A stretch of DNA of 64,000 nucleotides from positions 15,934,001-15,998,000 of the forward strand of contig OZ231126.1 in assembly GCA_965153355.1 (NCBI GenBank), in the 5' to 3' direction. Position numbers and translations under genes: made by a program. Positions 38,401 to 64,000 of the stretch are shown here, one piece after another. The notes under the pieces were generated by a model. That model made no database searches. It worked only from the letters and a program-made list of their open reading frames with translations, and was not told the origin of the DNA. Positions within the stretch are counted from its first letter, which is position 1. The number at the start of each line of letters is the position of its first letter. This stretch comes from Flaccisagitta enflata. Taxonomy: Eukaryota.

Positions 38401-40068
38401 ATAATGAGCGTTCCAAGTCCAAAGTGTGGTGGGCTTGTCGCACTACGACCGAAGATCACAAGATCGGCTACGTACCTTCAAAGTAAGTCGAAGAAAATTT
38501 TGGTTTTTAAGTGTTCATCATCTTTTTAAATCTCTACGATGTTTTCGATAATGTTTACTTCCTTATTGCCCGCAATAAGCCCGCTTACTGAATTTTTTTC
38601 ACATTCCCCCCTCCCTTTTCCTCCTCCTCCACTTCCTAGATATTTAAAATTTCACGAGAAACGATCTGGCAAGTTGAAAGAGTGTCCTTCGTCTCCCGTC
38701 ACGTCTCATCATCCCTTTCTGAAACACGGCGGAGGCGTGGATCAAATACGGATGCCGCGCGGTCCTTCCTCGCCCTGCGACGCGCGGGAGATCCATGGCA
38801 AGGCGTTGGCCGACTTGAGGCAGCACGCGGGCGAGGCCCCGCCTAGCGACGTCAAAGTCAAGGACCCGGTGCTAAGTCCGACCAGCCCGACTGCCCCGAA
38901 TCCGGCCATCGCCAGTTCCAAGACGCAGTCATCTCAACAACAATATCATCATCATCAGAAACCGTCTCATCCTTCGTCCTCTCCGTTAATGTCGACGCGT
39001 TCTTCACACGCGCCTCCTAGTAAGCTCAGTCCCAACGCCATCCGCGTCCCTTTTATGGTGCCGGGGTTTCCATTGCCCGGTGGTGGCGTGGTCACGTCGT
39101 CTAACGCCAGTCCGCCCGGTTCACCATCGGCGCGGGAGCGGTTCGTCACTCACGAGCGATCACGTGGCGAGGAGGAACCTTGTAATCAATGCGCTTCCTC
39201 GACGTCATCCTCCAAATTGACGGCGCGTTCCGACGTCATCGATTTATCCACGGCTTTTCCGGCTTGGAATTCGTCGCATCAGAAAGCCGTCGCTCCGGTA
39301 CCGGGAGGAGGAGGAGGAGGTGGAGGAGGATCAGGATCTTGCACCCACAATCAACATAATCAACAATACCGCCCACCGTCGGCGTCACCATCGTCGTCGA
39401 CATCCAAGGCATCCGCCAGTCAGTATCAACAACAAGTCTCGACCAAAACTAATAACAATATATCTAACGCTCAACAACGTACCGGCCCCGCTCCTTCGTC
39501 TCCGGTCGTCGGTAGCCCCTCCAAGAGGCAACAGTCTACATCTCATCAACAACAACAACAGCCGAATCCGGCGGCTTATCCACCGGGCAGTCCCGAGTTG
39601 AGGCGCAATCGCGATGGTCTCATCGAGCCGAAAAGGCTCGTCAACCCTTGTTTAGAGTCGAAAGAACGTCAAGTCCTTCATCGCGAGTTGCTGCAGATCT
39701 CGTCGACTACCCAGGGTGAGATGGCGGCCATGTTGCCCAAAAAGAGCGAATTACGTCAAGTTTTCGAAAAGCGCCAGGAGAAGCAGAGGGAAAAGGACAA
39801 AGTGGATTACAAGTCTAAAGCCAAGCCGGACTTTGAGAAAGAGTTGGAGGAACAAGTGGAAAAGCTGCAGAAGCATTTTCACGTTAGCGAGGAGAACTTG
39901 TATCATCAAGTCAATGAAGTTGATAATAACGGTGGAGGCGAAGCGATCAAGGCGCATTCTAGTCCGCGACACGCTATCAAAGATCACGTGCCAACGGCGC
40001 AATCCAATCCACCCCAGCCGGAGTTTGTCAGAATGCGAGCGAAACTTACGGAAAAGACGAAAAGCTGA
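32443..40068 (+). CDS. ~542-aa protein: N-terminal SH3 domain, disordered S/P/Q linker, C-terminal FAM107-like (DUF1151) domain
   Basis: Exons 32443-32547, 38388-38482 and 38640-40068 (phases 0,2). Spliced N-terminus MDVYRAIANFTAPQFNSQGRPIHTCLSFKKGDLFE|VLESDNERSKSKVWWACRTTTEDHKIGYVPSK|YLKF is an SH3 domain. C-terminus LIEPKRLVNPCLESKERQVLHRELL..KKSELRQVFEKRQ..DFEKELEEQVEKL..PEFVRMRAKL resembles FAM107. Confidence 0.8.
32993..35130 (-). mobile_element. HINE-like element expanded to ~2.1 kb by an 11-bp (AAACCAGACTC) array and a 9-10-bp (AAAATGACC) array
   Basis: The 5' end at 35130 (rc TTTTTAGTCGCGTGCACGCGACTCTACAACCC + (GTCG)n) and the 3' end at ~32993 (AACAAGGCCAA..AAGTCGCG) match the short element at 780-962. 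Arrays span ~33090-33900 and ~33900-35035. Confidence 0.7.
35367..37245. mobile_element. Degenerate non-autonomous DNA transposon (hAT-like TIR CAGTGGCCAA) with clustered GTTACCAGA motifs
   Basis: CAGTGGCCAA (35367) and TTGGCCACTG (37236-37245). GTTAC(C/T)AGA motifs cluster at ~35390-35470, ~36360-36465 and ~37160-37232. No TSD found. Confidence 0.6.
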
Positions 40069-40923
40069 AAGAAAGGGAATAACCGTTTTAAATTGAAAGA
40101 CTTTTCTCGCACTGACGATGAGGAGGCGAACCATCTCTGTTTATCTAAGAACGTCATAATCTTCCTTCGTGTTCAATAGTTACAAAGCTCAAATTTTACT
40201 ACCATTTGTAGCGTGTGTTTCATGTTTCTCGCTGTACACACCCGTAGTTTTTTCTCAAGTCTTAAAAAAAACTACTTTCGTGTCTTTTTGAAAACCAGAT
40301 TGTACGCCTTAGTTTTAGTCATAATTTTGGATTTTTTTTTTTCGTTCATCCACTCTTTTCGTTTGCTGATGTATTGGCACTTTTACGTCTCGCTTTAATT
40401 AATGATGTAAGTCGTAACGGGATCGAATTCGGGTTGTTTTTTTCAACTTCTATGTAACTTTTCCATATAGTACGAAGAAACAACCAATTCAGCCGCTCAT
40501 ATCCGATTCTTGTCTTGGCTCACCGTGAGGTAAAATTTACGCGCTCTGGGCTTATGCTTTCATACCTTTTTCGAGAGATTACAATCACAAACGTTGAAAG
40601 TTCTTAACATAACTAGATTTGTATATAGAAAGGATTTTAGGGATACTGAGACATGCAAGTAGGTTCGTATTGGGTTTCCAAAAGTGCATAAAATTACGTA
40701 GAAAAGAAGTGATTTGGAACCTTCAAGGGATATAGCTAGTAAAATAGTGATTCAATTCAATGTCATTTTGATCAGTTCGAAGTCCGGACACACTTTATTG
40801 TACTCAAATGTTTTCAGCTAGATAATTGTCTTTGACGTAAATTATGGAAAATTCTAGCTAATGGGATTCCGTTACACAACACAGGTGAAGACTGAAGAGG
40901 AAATGTAATTATTTAAATCATTA

Positions 40924-42555
40924 CAGAGAAAGGAGAAATATAAGATGTGAACCCCCTATAACTGTAGGGGCCCTTACAGATCAAACTACAGCAATAAATA
41001 GCTTGTGCTGGGTTTTAAATCATAGCTTAAGACTATACAAGTCGCGCCACAGGGCGATTTTGAAATTTCCACTCTAGTTTGAAGTTATAGCATAAAAACT
41101 TTAATTATAAAAATGATTGAAAATAGTTTATTTTGATATATTTATAAGTTATATTTTGAGTTATAGGTCAAAATTTAAAAATCGTTCTGGTGGCGCCACT
41201 TTTATTGATACAACTATTCTTTCTTTACTCCATAATAGACGGACCAGAATAACTCATTTTTCTGAAAATTACTCATCGTTGCGGCTTTTCTGGAAGATAA
41301 AACACTAAAGATTATGAATTGAGCTAAAAAAAAAATTTTTTGAAATTTTTTTATGGCGGAAGTATAAGATCAAAGTAGATATGACGCACTGAAATTAAAG
41401 TAAAAGGAATTTACCCAGAGAATAAAGTTACCATTCACTTTATTATTTTTGCTCAGGTCAATGCTTGTGCTTATTTTTTTGTACTTAGATATGTAAACTT
41501 ACATGAGAAAACCAATCTGTCACTGTCAAATGACAAACATGCTAAAAGATTGAAGGAAATTCGATTCTGATGAGACTAAAAAGTGAAAAAAATAGTGACA
41601 ATCATTTCAGTAACTGCTCACTGAAAATTTTAAATTTGCATAAAAAATCCAAATATCATTAAAATAAGAACATGGCGCCCTCAGTTTATGTTTTAGGAAT
41701 CGCGCTATGTTCTTGTTTTGTTGATATTTTGATTTTCTATGCAAATTTAAAATTTTCAATGAGCTATGGTAGATTGACAATAGAAGTTTTCTATTGTATT
41801 TCGCATATTTTTTCAGCTGTAAAATAAAGGATTGGAGTTTAAAACTGGCATACGCAAGTCAATTCATGCAAAATATGGCTGTTGACAGTTTAATTGAAAA
41901 CATAAAAGCAAAAATGGTCATTAAATTTCATTTTACAAATTTCATGACTTATCTAGCTCGGGTAGCAAATTCTATGGTAATTTTCAGTGCGTCATATTAG
42001 GTCAAAATTTCAAAATGAGAATTTTGTAAATCTGACTACAGATTCAGAATCCTCACAAAAAAACTGTGTGAAGAAAGTACTCTCCTTTTTTTGATATTCC
42101 TTCAGGAAGATGGTCAAAATTGAGGTCAAAAACCCAAATAAGGCCAATTTCAAACAAAAGAGCAATTTCGACCCGATCAAGATTTTCAATTTAAATTTTG
42201 ACAAACTTCCTGATGGAATATCAAAAAAAGAAAAGCACTTTGTTCACACAGTTTTTTGCAAGGATTCTGAATCTGCAATCAGATTTACAAAATTTTCATT
42301 TTGAAATTTTGACCTAATATCTACTTTGACCTAATACTTCCGCCATAGAAAAATTTTTAAAAAATTTTTTTTGGGTCAATTCATCATCTTTAGTGTTTTA
42401 TCTTCCAGAAAAGCCGCAAGGATGAGTACTTTTCAGAAAAATGAGTTATTCTGGTCCGTCTACTCCATAAGTCTCTGTAATATAATTAATTAGAGCTGTA
42501 GGTGGGGGTGCTACAGTTTTTAGGGGGTTCACACCTTATATTTAGCACTTCTCTG
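40924..42555. mobile_element. Tc1/mariner-type non-autonomous element with TA TSD and nested internal inverted repeats
   Basis: TA|CAGAGAAAGGAGAAATATAAGATGTGAACCCCCTA ... TAGGGGGTTCACACCTTATATTTAGCACTTCTCTG|TA. Internal inverted repeats: ~41237-41385 vs ~42318-42462, ~41620-41680 vs ~41710-41760, and ~41995-42100 vs ~42210-42320. Confidence 0.85.
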
Positions 42556-43260
42556 TAGATGTTGTGATCGTAGTCAATCAACAACAAATTCATCATGATT
42601 TGATACGATGTAAGATTCTAATTTCTGCGACGTTGAAATTATAGGCCTGTGTATACGTTTGTGATTGTTAAATTATGCAACCTGATAATACGAATCATCT
42701 AGGGTGCCTACATTATCTCTACATTATCTCTACAATTACAGGCTCAGATGGATAGGAGGATGTCATTTCCTGTTTTCAACCCACCCTCACCGACTGCCTA
42801 GTTACTACTTGAATTTGGCGTGGTATGGCGCGCGGGTCAGGCAATTTCATCGGTCTTTTGTTTAAAATGATGTGCTCGTCTTGGCCGGAGACGTCGAGGG
42901 GCATGAATATTGGAGCTCGACTTAACAAATGGCCCTTCGTTGGGACATGCTCGCGTCGTACCCATCTCCGGTGACACGCTGGACATGCCCAGGACCCGCC
43001 TTAGTGAGAACGTCCTACAGAAACAGACAAAAATGACGCAAATGGCTCAAGGCTGTAATGAACAACGTATGCACTGCGCAAAGATGTAGTTTCGTGTTGT
43101 AGGAATGTGATTTCTCCCATGTATCACGCTGAACGGCATTGTGGCATGAGCATGATGATGCATGGTTTTGGATGAGGACAACACCGCCGTCGCGTCATTG
43201 CCGGGATTAAGGAAGACGCTGTTTCGACCTTAGTTATTGTCGAATACTTATACGCGCGCC

Positions 43261-62583
<19,323 letters not shown>

Positions 62584-63437
62584 AAGGAGACTGGAAAAAA
62601 AACTGTCACCTGCAACTCCTTATTGCCTTTCTCGATGACGACGAACGATTTCGCGAACAATCATAGTCAGCTCGGTCCCATGACTGGTTAGAACCGGATT
62701 AGGATCAACCATTGTGAACAAAGGAATATCATTGCCAACTAAATCTGGCGTAGATTTCCTCTTTCTTGGCATGTTCATTTCAGAAATTGGTATTTTATAA
62801 TCACGATGGTTGGCGTTGACGAAGATTTCTACAGAAGTTTATAGAGATTACACACAAAATTGAGATATATATTTACGCCATTTTCCATTTCTTCCTCCAT
62901 TTCGATCAAACCATATTAAGAGCTTCTTCCGCTTCGGTCCATTGTTCTTGAGTAGCTCGTTCCACTTATTTTTTGCTCATTTTCTCGAGAATTTTTGAAC
63001 AAGATTTTCCCAACGATAACCGAGAGTCGCGTTTTTGCAACTTGGAACTCGAGTTCTTGAAGGCCGTCATTTAAACCGTTTCAGGCCTCTTGTTTTATTT
63101 CCATGACAAATATTTCTAGATTCTTCAACTTGTGCCACATGTGTAGTTTTACCGATACAAACATAATCTTTTTATTTTTTTTTATTTCTATGGAATCGTC
63201 CACTTTGTGATTATCATCTTGATCGTTTAACTTTTAACAGCAATAACGAAGATAAAGCAGGTTTTCAGCTTAAATTTAAACTTTTCTCTTTGCAGAAATT
63301 TCTGGTACTTAATAAGAAGCATGGTAATGCGACCATGAACTTAGCGAGATGAAGAGCTTTTTCTTCAAATTCTTTTGTTGAACGTGAGAGTCGTATCGTG
63401 TGCTCTTTTAAGTTCCGTTACACTGGTAGTATCTCTC

Positions 63438-64000
63438 ATGGAACCCGCCGACACAACCGAGCCCACTTACGCGTCGTCCCTCGTCGACGCTTTAAAGACG
63501 GTGGTTCTTGACACTTCATGGCAGCGCGTTGGAGTCGCGTCCGATTTACGAACTAAAAAATGCCGCAAAATCTACGCCGAAGATGGCGAACATTTGGCGC
63601 TGATTTACGTCCAAGCTCGAGACACTTTTTACGCCATGGAGGCCGCTTGCTCTCACGAAGGTGGCCCTTTGGACATGGGCGATATCGAAGACGTCGGGAA
63701 CGGCAGTTGGGTCGTCGTCTGTCCCTGGCATCATTTCGAATTTGACGTGGCTACAGGTTTTGATGCGAGCACTGTGGGCCTTTGAGTGAATATGAGTGCA
63801 TTAGAGCCAGTTCTGTCCTCAGTTTAGCTGGACTTAATCTGGGTTTTTGTCAAATGTAATAATTTAACTCGACAGCGTTACCATAACTGTGTATTTTAGG
63901 CGAGAACTCATACGGTCTATCTCAAAAGACATTTCCAGTGAAGATCGAGGATGGCTTTGTCTATGTCAATTCTCCGGAAATGCTCTCTCTGACTCCGTTT
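63438..64000 (+). CDS. RFESD: Rieske [2Fe-2S] domain protein, RFESD-like (runs off the window)
   Basis: Exons 63438-63756 and 63900-end (phase 1). FYAMEAACSHEGGPLDMGDIED..VVCPWHHFEFDVATG|ENSYGLSQKTFPVKIEDGFVYV carries the CxH...CxxH Rieske ligands. Confidence 0.85.

Noticed and set aside
63757-63785. Premature TGA in the Rieske gene (pseudogene or selenocysteine)
   Set aside because: The TGA lies in an intron (63757-63899); splicing restores the reading frame.

Overview
Eukaryotic genomic DNA, most likely from an invertebrate animal (GT-AG introns, motile-cilia genes, a Dlish orthologue, dense MITE/HINE-like repeats). Seven genes were assembled by hand from splice-phase logic: LRRC6/DNAAF11 (-, 3' end unresolved) and NME5 (-), which lie in tight tandem; a 5-exon multi-pass membrane protein with a complete kringle domain after its first hydrophobic segment (-), which the ORF track does not show; an intronless triple-SH3 Dlish/Vamana-like gene (+); a 3-exon gene fusing an N-terminal SH3 domain to a C-terminal FAM107-like domain (+); a 13-exon RIC1 (+); and the start of a Rieske-domain RFESD-like gene (+). 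The last RIC1 intron holds a very young 7.7-kb antisense LTR element with apparently identical 463-bp LTRs, a 4-bp TSD, a tRNA-Gly-type PBS and a PPT. It encodes a Gag-like protein plus an unknown upstream ORF, but no recognisable pol. Introns and intergenic DNA carry hAT-, Tc1/mariner- and foldback-type non-autonomous elements, Helentron/HINE-like elements that host satellite arrays, and long microsatellites. All family assignments are from motif recognition, not database searches.
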